Part shown: positions 15,915 to 24,754 of the stretch, in pieces
Numbering within the stretch: position 1 is the first letter of the stretch
Layout: each line of letters begins with the position of its first letter
Origin: a virus
DNA: 64,000 nt
Virus record (IMG/VR): IMGVR_UViG_3300020378_001929
Location: 1-64,000 of that record
Strand: one strand, 5' to 3'
Position numbers and translations under genes: made by a program
Notes under the pieces: generated by a model
The model's database searches: none
The model's input: the letters and a program-made list of their open reading frames with translations, nothing else
Told to the model about the DNA's origin: nothing

Positions 15915-16841
15915 CTAAAAATCAAGTTTATAATGTAAATAGTCCAAATCTGTTATAAAGTCTGCATTTTGTTTTCGCGATAGAAACTCATCTCTCGGCA
16001 TCTCGGCAAGGTCGGCATATGGCTTCACAGGGATGCTCTTACTGGCGACTCCATACTCTCTAAACTTTTTTGCTATTCCAAGTTCTTTTACTTTCGCGTC
16101 CTCATCCAAAGCAAGGTATACTTGAGTTTTATTACGGCATATTTTTTCAAATAACTTGTGGTTCTCTCTAAGGGTTGACCCTAGTACAGGTATACAATTA
16201 TCGTGACGAACAGCATCAAAGGCGCCTTCGACAATGACGATATCGTCATCCCAGTTGATGGACAGGTCATTGAAAACTATGTTCTTGCTTGCTTTAGGGT
16301 TTTTGTATTTCATCCAGTCATCCACAAACGACCTAGCTACAAAATAATTTAATTTTCCAGACTTATTAAAAGAGGGTATGATAATCCTTCCTTGATATTC
16401 TCCGAAATCACAATATCCTATCTTCCACTTTAAAATATCAAGATCTGAAATATCTCTAGAGTAGAGATACTCCAAAGCGCGCGTTTTGTCTCCTGATTTT
16501 TGCCCTGTCAAAGTCTTAAATTCTCTTGGCAACTCTACGACCTGCTCTATATCCTCTGGTGTCTCTTGAAAAATGAATTCATATTGAGACAAGTCAAGCT
16601 CCTCTGCAACACCGGTCCACTGCACATAATGTTCCGGGGCGTACTTGCTAATCAAATAAGATATTTTATTTCCTGAAAAGTTGCAAACCCAGCACTTAAA
16701 TGCGTTTTTATCAACGTTAATAGACATCTTAAGTTTGTCGTGATTGCACTTGGGACATTTGAATAAAGTTTCTGTTCCCGTATTCCAGCATCTACCGAAG
16801 GCATCTTTAAGTATCTGAAGCTTTTCTGACAATTTTATCAC
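15915..16841 (-). CDS. DNA primase (DnaG-like, Zn-binding plus TOPRIM)
   Basis: CPKC...FKCWVC zinc domain, GRIIIP, YFVARS, KYKNP, TOPRIM IVEGAFDA and LALDED. Confidence 0.88.
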   Translation of the reverse strand: MIKLSEKLQILKDAFGRCWNTGTETLFKCPKCNHDKLKMSINVDKNAFKCWVCNFSGNKISYLISKYAPEHYVQWTGVAEELDLSQYEFIFQETPEDIEQVVELPREFKTLTGQKSGDKTRALEYLYSRDISDLDILKWKIGYCDFGEYQGRIIIPSFNKSGKLNYFVARSFVDDWMKYKNPKASKNIVFNDLSINWDDDIVIVEGAFDAVRHDNCIPVLGSTLRENHKLFEKICRNKTQVYLALDEDAKVKELGIAKKFREYGVASKSIPVKPYADLAEMPRDEFLSRKQNADFITDLDYLHYKLDF

Positions 16842-17358
16842 CCGCTAACGCTATAATTATACTGTCACACATATCCAGCATTCCTGGCTTTGGATTTCCG
16901 TGTTTTGTATATTCTATCTTAATTTGCGGATAATTGTCAAGAACAAACTGAAGGACTTTTTCTTTTGCATTGTCTCCCCTTTTTATACCGACTCCGGCAG
17001 ATTTACGTGCCGATGATGCCGCAAGCATCTCAGGAGAGATTCCGAAAAGCTCATAACACTGCCAAGAAACGATGCCATTATATCGAGATAGCGTTGACAA
17101 GGTCTTTGCCGAAGAGAATCCCGACCTAAATGACTGTAGGGATTGCTCTATAAAAATATCTGTAATTTGGTATGAACTCTTTATATCTTGCAACTCTCTC
17201 TTTAAGAGGGCTGCTTTTTCATACAACGAAGGAAACTTTCGCTTGTTTCTAGTGTCCCAAATAAAATTTTTGCTTATTTTACCGTCTATAATAATTGTAG
17301 CGCCAGTTATAGATGTCGAGACATCAAGACCCAGCACACTCTTTGTCGAGGTGTTCAA
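16807..17358 (-). CDS. RuvC-like Holliday junction resolvase (start may be GTG 17337)
   Basis: VLGLDVSTSITG, IFIEQ, C-terminal DMCDSIIIA acidic triad pattern. Confidence 0.82.
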   Translation of the reverse strand: MNTSTKSVLGLDVSTSITGATIIIDGKISKNFIWDTRNKRKFPSLYEKAALLKRELQDIKSSYQITDIFIEQSLQSFRSGFSSAKTLSTLSRYNGIVSWQCYELFGISPEMLAASSARKSAGVGIKRGDNAKEKVLQFVLDNYPQIKIEYTKHGNPKPGMLDMCDSIIIALAGDKIVRKASDT

Positions 17359-17971
17359 TCCAACTCTCCATTAGGCTTTTTTTCTTTTTATCATCGCCGT
17401 GGAACCAGGACCAAACATAAGAATTTTCAATATCTCTTATTTTACCTTCAAGAGAGCTGTTGGTGCTTTTCATAATCTCTATTTGCTCTTTCGTGGGCGC
17501 AGGAGGTTCGATATCTAGTTCCTCAGCTACTTGCACTATAGCATAATAGTCGTCTTCTTGTAAAGCATTTCTTGCTTTTTCAAACAAAGAAGTTTTATAT
17601 TTTCTTTCAAACTCCGAACTTCTCGCGAGCTTGTCAGGGTGTACTTCTCTAGCTATTTTTTTGAAGAGCTGTTTAAGGTTTGTGTTTTTTTCCTCTTTTT
17701 TAAATTCTTGATCTGGGCTGGAATCTTCAAACTCTTCGGAAACTTGGTCTTGCTTGTTGTCGGATCTCCCAGAAGTTATATTTTCCTCTTCAATGATAGG
17801 GCTATCTTTTTGGTTTTCACCGGTGAGTGTTCGATCATAGCCCATGTGATCGGCGAGAGCGCGCATGAATTCCATATAAGCCTTCTGGAAAATATCCTCT
17901 GATAATTTCAAAGACTCTTTCAGGTACCTTGTCCTCATCATGATGAGTCTATATTTTCCTGAAATTTCCAC
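17324..17971 (-). CDS. J-domain (DnaJ-like) protein
   Basis: LKQLFKKIAREVHPDK helix II-HPD motif followed by LFEKARNA helix III. Confidence 0.75.
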   Translation of the reverse strand: MEISGKYRLIMMRTRYLKESLKLSEDIFQKAYMEFMRALADHMGYDRTLTGENQKDSPIIEEENITSGRSDNKQDQVSEEFEDSSPDQEFKKEEKNTNLKQLFKKIAREVHPDKLARSSEFERKYKTSLFEKARNALQEDDYYAIVQVAEELDIEPPAPTKEQIEIMKSTNSSLEGKIRDIENSYVWSWFHGDDKKKKSLMESWIEHLDKECAGS

Positions 17972-17973
17972 TT

Positions 17974-19179
17974 TTAAAAATCTATCCTCATTTTGATCAT
18001 ATAATCTCGGTCGGGCGTCTTTTTTATTGGGTTTGCAAGAGTAGCAATAGCAATCAAGTTTTTAAACTCATCATAGATACCAACCTTTGAAATATAGGTC
18101 GTGTTTTTAAATGGTGCGTCGAAGTTAGCAAAGTCACAAGTAGTGATATTTTTAATCTTCCTTTTTCCCTCCGAATAAACCCCGCTCCCAGTAAGAAGAG
18201 ATTCTGATTCTTTTTCATAAAACGTTGGGTTACTTGAAAAGTTGTATTTACCTTTTTCTGCGAAAGCAAACATCGTCAGTGTTGGTATTTTGTTCGTTCC
18301 TTTAAACTTCACTTCGCAGGAAGAATCCCCTACGGCGCCGCTGTTGATTGCTGTGCCAGTTGTTGTAATGCCTGTTCCAAAAGATTTCCAGGTCATAGGG
18401 GTTGCTGAATTTGAAAAGAACTTGCTGGTGTAATTTCCCCCACTGATGTCCCAGGATCCTGTCAGTATAAATATTCCCTGCTCGTATATCGCCAACCCTG
18501 CGACATAGCCAGTGTTCGAACCTGTGGTTTGATACAGTACCCCATCCTTGTTCGTATCTTTTAATTGCCCAACAAGTGTGCCAGTCACATAGTAGTTTAG
18601 TTCTATTGATCCTTTGTCTATTCCGGAGCCGTAAAAAATTCCCGGTACGCAGATCATGTTTACTTCTTTTGTTCCCAAGTCGCCGTAAGTAAACTGTGCC
18701 CCTATACGGTCTCTACTTTCTATAACATTTCTTAGAGATCGAATATATTTTTTGTTTGACGCAGCAGTCGCTGCTGACCCGATGTTGCTAAACCCGTGAT
18801 TGCTAAATTCTGTTCCAGATGGAACGAATATCCTTCTTAAGCCGGCTGTCATCGGATAACTTTGCGTTATTTGCGCGCCGTTTGCGAACTGCGTCTGGTC
18901 GTCAAATTGAGAAGTCGATACTGTCCTGTTTGCATATCTGGTCGTATCCTTCGATATAAAAGAATACGCCAAGGAATTTGATGGTCTATTGATGTTTAAC
19001 TCATGAAGGCTTATCTCGCCCTTCTGAGTAATATGAGTGACTTTGTTTGAAAAGTCGCCGGTCAACAGCATGTCATTATTTACGTAGACAGAGCCACTAT
19101 AAACCAAAAAACTATACTCTGGTTTGGTGACCAGGGTACTGTATATTAAGTCCTGTCCTCCAAACTTTCTGTATGTCAT
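17974..19179 (-). CDS. Virion structural protein (baseplate/tail-fibre attachment family)
   Basis: C-terminal TYISKVGIYDEFKNLIAIATLANPIKK...IKMRIDF; paralogous to the next gene; Ser/Thr/Gly rich. Confidence 0.7.
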   Translation of the reverse strand: MTYRKFGGQDLIYSTLVTKPEYSFLVYSGSVYVNNDMLLTGDFSNKVTHITQKGEISLHELNINRPSNSLAYSFISKDTTRYANRTVSTSQFDDQTQFANGAQITQSYPMTAGLRRIFVPSGTEFSNHGFSNIGSAATAASNKKYIRSLRNVIESRDRIGAQFTYGDLGTKEVNMICVPGIFYGSGIDKGSIELNYYVTGTLVGQLKDTNKDGVLYQTTGSNTGYVAGLAIYEQGIFILTGSWDISGGNYTSKFFSNSATPMTWKSFGTGITTTGTAINSGAVGDSSCEVKFKGTNKIPTLTMFAFAEKGKYNFSSNPTFYEKESESLLTGSGVYSEGKRKIKNITTCDFANFDAPFKNTTYISKVGIYDEFKNLIAIATLANPIKKTPDRDYMIKMRIDF

Positions 19180-19182
19180 TTT

Positions 19183-20238
19183 TCAATAATCCAGTCTGAC
19201 CCTTAATGTCAGTTCGTTGGTGGGATCTTTTCTTAATGGCTCAGACAATTTGGCAACCGCCAACAATTCATTGTCTGCCGAATATAATCCAACTGTTGTA
19301 ACATATGACCGCGGGGGTGTCAACTCATTGTTGCCCTTTACTACAATCTTGCTGCTCTTAAGATAAGTCGGGTTAGAACTATAATTAAATTCATTGTGAT
19401 TAGCTCTACAAAAATATATTGTTGAATTAAGCTCAGTAGTGTTGTTGAATTGTATGTTTGTTATTCTGTGTAGCAGTGCATCGCTGGCTATATCTATGTT
19501 CGACCCTGTTGCTATATTTGCTAGGTTCCTACTTGTAAACAGTTTTGTGGTGCCGGTGGCTCCCATGCAAGAACTTGTTAAAACAATAACGCCGGCTTGG
19601 TAATAAATCAACCCGAAAGGATCGCCATAGCTGCCATCGCCGGCGCCAGGAGTGGATGATGTATATAAGAGTCCATATTCACCGGCGGGAGAATTTATTA
19701 AATAGCTGCTTTCGGCTCCTGAATCAGTCAAGGTGACGGTGGCGACATGCGATGCATTGCCGTATGCAGAACTGGTTCCGAGAGTCATGCTGAAGCTTCC
19801 TTTCTTTATCTCATCCTTAACCAGAAGACGAGAAAAGTTCATGAAGAAAGCAGACTTAAGTTTATCTGTTGTTGTGTTTGTAAAATTGCCATCCTTATCA
19901 AACATTCGGATGTTTCCATTGGTATCATACCCAACCAGCACTTGAGCCATCTGGTTATACATATTTAGCTTTTTAGCATTCTGATTACTGGAAGATCCCG
20001 AGTAGGAAGATGACATATGGTAACCAAAGGAAACATCAAATATGTGATTAGCTGAGGAGCTTTGATGTGGATAATCATATACAGACTTAAACATGCCATG
20101 AGAAAAAGTCTTAATATTGTTGTTGCCTGAATATGTTCCTGAAACGATTGAACCAGTAATTGGTATCACTTCGTGTAGAAGGGTTCTGGAACTGGTTCTG
20201 TCTGTTTCTGCAAATGGTTTGAAAAATGTGTTTGCCAT
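19183..20238 (-). CDS. Virion structural protein (baseplate/tail-fibre attachment family)
   Basis: C-terminal EFNYSSNPT...YVTTVGLYSADNELLAVAKLSEPLRKD...LRVRLDY; AGGAG RBS. Confidence 0.7.
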   Translation of the reverse strand: MANTFFKPFAETDRTSSRTLLHEVIPITGSIVSGTYSGNNNIKTFSHGMFKSVYDYPHQSSSANHIFDVSFGYHMSSSYSGSSSNQNAKKLNMYNQMAQVLVGYDTNGNIRMFDKDGNFTNTTTDKLKSAFFMNFSRLLVKDEIKKGSFSMTLGTSSAYGNASHVATVTLTDSGAESSYLINSPAGEYGLLYTSSTPGAGDGSYGDPFGLIYYQAGVIVLTSSCMGATGTTKLFTSRNLANIATGSNIDIASDALLHRITNIQFNNTTELNSTIYFCRANHNEFNYSSNPTYLKSSKIVVKGNNELTPPRSYVTTVGLYSADNELLAVAKLSEPLRKDPTNELTLRVRLDY

Positions 20239-20254
20239 CGTTATCTCCTAACTA

Positions 20255-21310
20255 CTAAATTTTCCTAATTAGTCTTACTGGTATATCTATTGAGTAACCG
20301 GTTGTCACTCCAACTATGTTTATAAGGGTATCTATGAATTTGTAAGCTGAGCCTGCCATTGTCTTTCCGGCGGCAAGGGTTACAGTTGTTGATCCTACAG
20401 ATCCTATCTCATCAAAAAGGGCTATACCATCACGTACGTGCATTGAAGCGCGGGGATATAATCTCAGAATAGAACCCAGAGGTCCGTCAAACATTTCGTA
20501 TTGGTCTGCGCGGACGACTGTTTCAGTGTTTCCAATTAAGTTTGCTCTCTTTTGCCTGTTTCCTGTTGTGAAGGACGTTGCATTAATTGCACTTCCAGGT
20601 TTTCCTTCTACACAAGAAGTGCCGTCGCCTAGAGCCACATAATAGGAAGCAATACCATCGTCGTCAACAAATTGATTCGGAAGTGCAGATGTGCCATTTC
20701 CGCTGGAGTTTAATTGATGCAGTGATATAAGTCTGTGATCAGCCTTTATCAAGTATGCAGTCTCAACTAGCTCATCTGAAAGCTCTTGCTTAAAGGATAT
20801 GCCATTTTCACTACTGTTAATACCCTGATCGATAACGACCTTATTTGTCGCATCACTCTTGACGTTGCTGTCTTGCCCTCTAAGAATACCTGTCGCCATC
20901 TTGTCAATTCGGCTAGCGCCGCCGGCACGTTCGGTGTTTTGATCCGCCAACAACATGAATCCCCCAGAGAAGCCCGAAGTACCGTCTTCTAGTTCTGTGT
21001 TGTTTCCAGAAAAGCTGTTAATTTTAAGAATTGGCATAAACAGCAAGTTGTTGCTGTTCATAGATATAAGCTTGCTTTTCATTAAAGAAGAATTGTTTGT
21101 AAAAGCCTCTAGAATTGGTGTTTGCATTACTTCTATGTCGTAAAATGCAGATCCGCTTGGGTGGCTTGCATTGAAGACACCATAATTTATCTCTTCGTCG
21201 CCAAAAGCGAACTTTGTTATTTTGAAATTACCCCTAGCCATTCGTTGACGACCGGCGTCTGTCAAGACAGCATCAAGAATAATATCTCCTGAGTTATCTA
21301 AAAAAGCCAT
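20255..21310 (-). CDS. Virion structural protein
   Basis: N-terminal IILDAVLTDAGRQRMARGNFKITKFAFGDEEINY, resembling tail-fibre N-terminal attachment domains; AGGAG RBS and late motif upstream. Confidence 0.68.
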   Translation of the reverse strand: MAFLDNSGDIILDAVLTDAGRQRMARGNFKITKFAFGDEEINYGVFNASHPSGSAFYDIEVMQTPILEAFTNNSSLMKSKLISMNSNNLLFMPILKINSFSGNNTELEDGTSGFSGGFMLLADQNTERAGGASRIDKMATGILRGQDSNVKSDATNKVVIDQGINSSENGISFKQELSDELVETAYLIKADHRLISLHQLNSSGNGTSALPNQFVDDDGIASYYVALGDGTSCVEGKPGSAINATSFTTGNRQKRANLIGNTETVVRADQYEMFDGPLGSILRLYPRASMHVRDGIALFDEIGSVGSTTVTLAAGKTMAGSAYKFIDTLINIVGVTTGYSIDIPVRLIRKI

Positions 21311-21343
21311 TAATACACTCCTTTTTAATATGAAAAATCATTA

Positions 21344-21352
21344 ATAAATAGT
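21344..21352 (-). promoter_or_regulatory. Putative late promoter ACTATTTAT
   Basis: Exact motif in the 21311-21385 intergenic gap. Confidence 0.65.
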
Positions 21353-21385
21353 ATTTTGTAGCAAATAATCCTTTTATTTTAAAAA

Positions 21386-24300
21386 TCATTCTTCCTTAAG
21401 TATTTGTACTTTATTCTGACTAAACACAATATTTAAATCTATCTTTTTTCCTGTTTTCTTAGAAGTGCACCTAATCTTGAATTTTTTGTCCCACAAGCTG
21501 TCTTCACCAGATGCCTTGCCAAGTGAGAGTTTGTCTATATCTGGTGCAGTCTTCTGAAAAGATTTTGTATCTACTTTTGTTCTTATTCCAAGATCTTCTC
21601 TTAATTTTTGTAGCGCAGTTTTTTTACCAGATGACGCGATATCTTCCAGAGCCAGATCAAAATTAACAACTTTTTGTTCTAAGTTTGGTGAAATTTTTAT
21701 TCGCCGAGAGAAAGATTTTTTAAATTCTGCAGGCTTTGGATACATTTCATATGGTTCCATATCCATTATGATACCGTTTTCATAACTAATCATCCTGACT
21801 CTGAACACCTCTGTTGGGTTGGACACCCCTCCTTTGTCGATGGTTCTAAAAGTATAGTAATAATTCTTATTTGGCTCGACCTTGTCAATTCTAAACAGTT
21901 TAGTTTTACCAACTGCCTCTGCTCTGACTATAGTTGCATCTGGTGCGTCAAAATCTGTATATTTTTCGGGCGCGTCGGGGATCCGGATCATTTCAAAATG
22001 CGTCGGTAGAGAATCTGATTTGTACATAACTCCAGACAACGGATCTGTTATAGCCTGATCGTTATACATTTCTGCAATTGACGAGAAGTCTTCTCCAAAG
22101 ATTGCGATTGGGCGCTCCATAACTTGCCCAAAAGAGTGTTGCACTAGTATTGAATATTGATCATCAATGCCTTGGTATGGCAAAAACGTAACTTGCGGTG
22201 TCATGGGCGGAAGATCAACTGTCGTAACTACTTTTTCAAAAAAGGGCGCCTTGATGATAGCCAATTTCTTATTTGACCACACTCTCATGTTAACTGGTTC
22301 GTTGCCCTCTGAGGAATCTGCGAACGCTCCGTTTGGTCCGGGCATTCTGGCATCCCAGTTAAAACTTTTATTTTGATAATATGCATACTCAGACCCAACA
22401 ACAAAGTTTATTGTAAAAACTTTATATCGATATTTCGTACCAGGTAAAATCTGAGTGTCTAAGAAATCAAATTTTTTGACCGAGTCGTTATCCATGAATA
22501 TAAACTCTTGCACTTTAACGTCAGCGTCTTGATTGTCAACATTTTTTACAACCCTGTATTTTTCAACATAGTAACCTAAAACTTCAGAATATGCTTTTCT
22601 GCCATTCAATATGTCTGCAAAACTTCTCTGTATGTCTGCATCTACTATCTGCTTCTCAAGCTGACCTAAGAATATTTGGCTCCTAATCAGCTCCTCTAGT
22701 TTTAATAAATTCTCTTTGTCCCACCCACTATAGAACAGCGGATATTCTTCTAGCTGTCTGGGCCAGTAAAGATCATGACTTCGACCATGAAGGTCTGCTA
22801 AATTTAATAGAAATTCCGGGTCTAATATCACATCTTCTGTTATATTGTGGGATTCTTTATCATTTTGGGTTCTATCTTGTGTTCGACCTAAGAAATTACC
22901 CCTGTCATCCATAGCATTGGGGTCTCTTCTTATAAGTTGGTCATCTAGAATTTTTCCAAAAATTTCTTGTGTGAATCTTCCTCTTGCAATCTCTTTTGTG
23001 GATTCGGACAACTTTGGGTTACTATCTGTCCAATATTCAGATGGATTCTCCTTGAATAGTTGCAGAAGCAAAATATCCATTTTGTTTCTCTGAAATGCTG
23101 CGTTTATAGGTCCGCCCTGCTTTGTATTTATTGAAATTTCTATGTAGTTAGTTAGGGACCCTTTGATGGACTTGTTTATTTCTTCTAGCATCTCAATCTT
23201 ATCACTTGGAAACTTTAATATTCGACTAGAATTATAAACGCTGTCACCCTCTACGAAAATATTGCCTGGGATTGGGGCTGAGACTGCTCCAGTGCCTAAA
23301 GGCGTATCACTTCGGGACTGCCCAAGTTCAGCTCCTGCTTGAGCAAGATTTTGATTAATTATCTGTTCGGACGCCGCGAGAGCTGGGTTGTTAAGGGTTG
23401 CAGAATAGATAGACTGCCTTGTTTGAGTATCTGCTTCATACCCCACAATAGTTCGTTGATTTAGTTCTACAAGTCCGTCCGGTAGATTCTCTATTAGTGT
23501 GTTACCAGAGTCAATACTCTTGTTAATCTGTTTTGCTTGATAGTATTCATAAACACTTGGAATAGCTAGCTCTGAAGTAAGTCCTAATCTTAATTCGTGA
23601 TTTCCAATTGTTGGTTTGATCGCAACACTATCAAATCTAGAAAAGAGGATCTGATTTAGCTCCTCTTCGTGATATGCTACGGGGGCGTCAAAAACAAAGT
23701 CTCTCAGAGCGTTTCTACCTAAATCCTCTCTAGTCCCATCTGACTCTACAAGTAAACCTGAAAACTTTATTGCGGGTGTTCGATAAAATCTCTTAAGTGG
23801 TTGCCCACCATTTTGTGCGCGAAGGAGAGGGTATGTTTTCGAGTGTCGACCTCTTACAAAAAAGTCCATCACTTTCCCAGTAGAGTTTAGAAAAAACTGC
23901 TTCATGCGATTTAATTGTTCAGCATTCCACTCGCACCTAATATATTCTACTGTATTGAATCCCTCAAAATTAAGTCTCTCAGGAGCATTATCATTTTCAG
24001 GCGCCGCGTGAGTAACTTTCCTGTAGAACTCCGGGTTAATTCTGAACATTGGCTTATCCGTAAAGGTACCTATTATTTCTGCAAGAGTGTCTCCATAGCT
24101 CCATGGACCAACTGTATAATTTTGTATTGATCTTTCATCTTCAGGGTCGAGTCTTGGATCGCCGAAGGGCTTACAGAACAATTGTTCCGATGACCTAAAT
24201 TTGGAGTGAAACCAAAAAGATTGCATTGTCAGCCTAAAATTATCTATTTGTTCTAAAACTTTCTCATCTTCTTTCCTTGCGAGGTATAAAGACGGGTGGC

Positions 24301-24730
24301 TAATCATAGCAAAACGCGGTACTGGATCACTTTCATCTGCGGGGGATTCTATGAACAGTGATTCGTTTATTGTTGTTAGGTCTCGGGTTGCGGACAGGTA
24401 TTGCGCATCTCGATTAGGCACCGGGACAACTAAGTCTTCAGATCTGGGTATTTCATCAGATTCCTGCAAAATAAAAGGAGTAATAGGTGGAAGCACAGGA
24501 GTTCCCTGTACGGCGTTGAAAACCGTCGCGAAGGGGTTGGCGCCTTCGGATCTTGGTGGTGGCGCAGGTGCAGGCTCCGGTGGGTTTCTTAAGCTGTCAG
24601 CATCAACACATTCATACACTCCATCTACTAGCGTGCGCACTTGACCGGGTGGGCAAACTGGTCCCACTGAACCAGTCGATGTTGCCGACCCTAAATCTAT
24701 ATCTGGTTCACATGGGTTTTTTACTGCCAT
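21386..24730 (-). CDS. Large hypothetical structural protein with FN3-like C-terminal segments
   Basis: 1114-aa ORF; DTQILPGTKYRYKV and DKVEPNKNYYYTFRTIDKGGVSNP resemble fibronectin type III strands. Confidence 0.65.
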   Translation of the reverse strand: MAVKNPCEPDIDLGSATSTGSVGPVCPPGQVRTLVDGVYECVDADSLRNPPEPAPAPPPRSEGANPFATVFNAVQGTPVLPPITPFILQESDEIPRSEDLVVPVPNRDAQYLSATRDLTTINESLFIESPADESDPVPRFAMISHPSLYLARKEDEKVLEQIDNFRLTMQSFWFHSKFRSSEQLFCKPFGDPRLDPEDERSIQNYTVGPWSYGDTLAEIIGTFTDKPMFRINPEFYRKVTHAAPENDNAPERLNFEGFNTVEYIRCEWNAEQLNRMKQFFLNSTGKVMDFFVRGRHSKTYPLLRAQNGGQPLKRFYRTPAIKFSGLLVESDGTREDLGRNALRDFVFDAPVAYHEEELNQILFSRFDSVAIKPTIGNHELRLGLTSELAIPSVYEYYQAKQINKSIDSGNTLIENLPDGLVELNQRTIVGYEADTQTRQSIYSATLNNPALAASEQIINQNLAQAGAELGQSRSDTPLGTGAVSAPIPGNIFVEGDSVYNSSRILKFPSDKIEMLEEINKSIKGSLTNYIEISINTKQGGPINAAFQRNKMDILLLQLFKENPSEYWTDSNPKLSESTKEIARGRFTQEIFGKILDDQLIRRDPNAMDDRGNFLGRTQDRTQNDKESHNITEDVILDPEFLLNLADLHGRSHDLYWPRQLEEYPLFYSGWDKENLLKLEELIRSQIFLGQLEKQIVDADIQRSFADILNGRKAYSEVLGYYVEKYRVVKNVDNQDADVKVQEFIFMDNDSVKKFDFLDTQILPGTKYRYKVFTINFVVGSEYAYYQNKSFNWDARMPGPNGAFADSSEGNEPVNMRVWSNKKLAIIKAPFFEKVVTTVDLPPMTPQVTFLPYQGIDDQYSILVQHSFGQVMERPIAIFGEDFSSIAEMYNDQAITDPLSGVMYKSDSLPTHFEMIRIPDAPEKYTDFDAPDATIVRAEAVGKTKLFRIDKVEPNKNYYYTFRTIDKGGVSNPTEVFRVRMISYENGIIMDMEPYEMYPKPAEFKKSFSRRIKISPNLEQKVVNFDLALEDIASSGKKTALQKLREDLGIRTKVDTKSFQKTAPDIDKLSLGKASGEDSLWDKKFKIRCTSKKTGKKIDLNIVFSQNKVQILKEE

Positions 24731-24754
24731 ATGCTTAGCCTCTCCGTTTTCATT

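Noticed and set aside
9028-16841. Inteins or introns in terminase, Mre11-Rad50 or primase
   Set aside because: Motif spacing is normal; no C-x...HN splice junctions or LAGLIDADG/HNH motifs seen.
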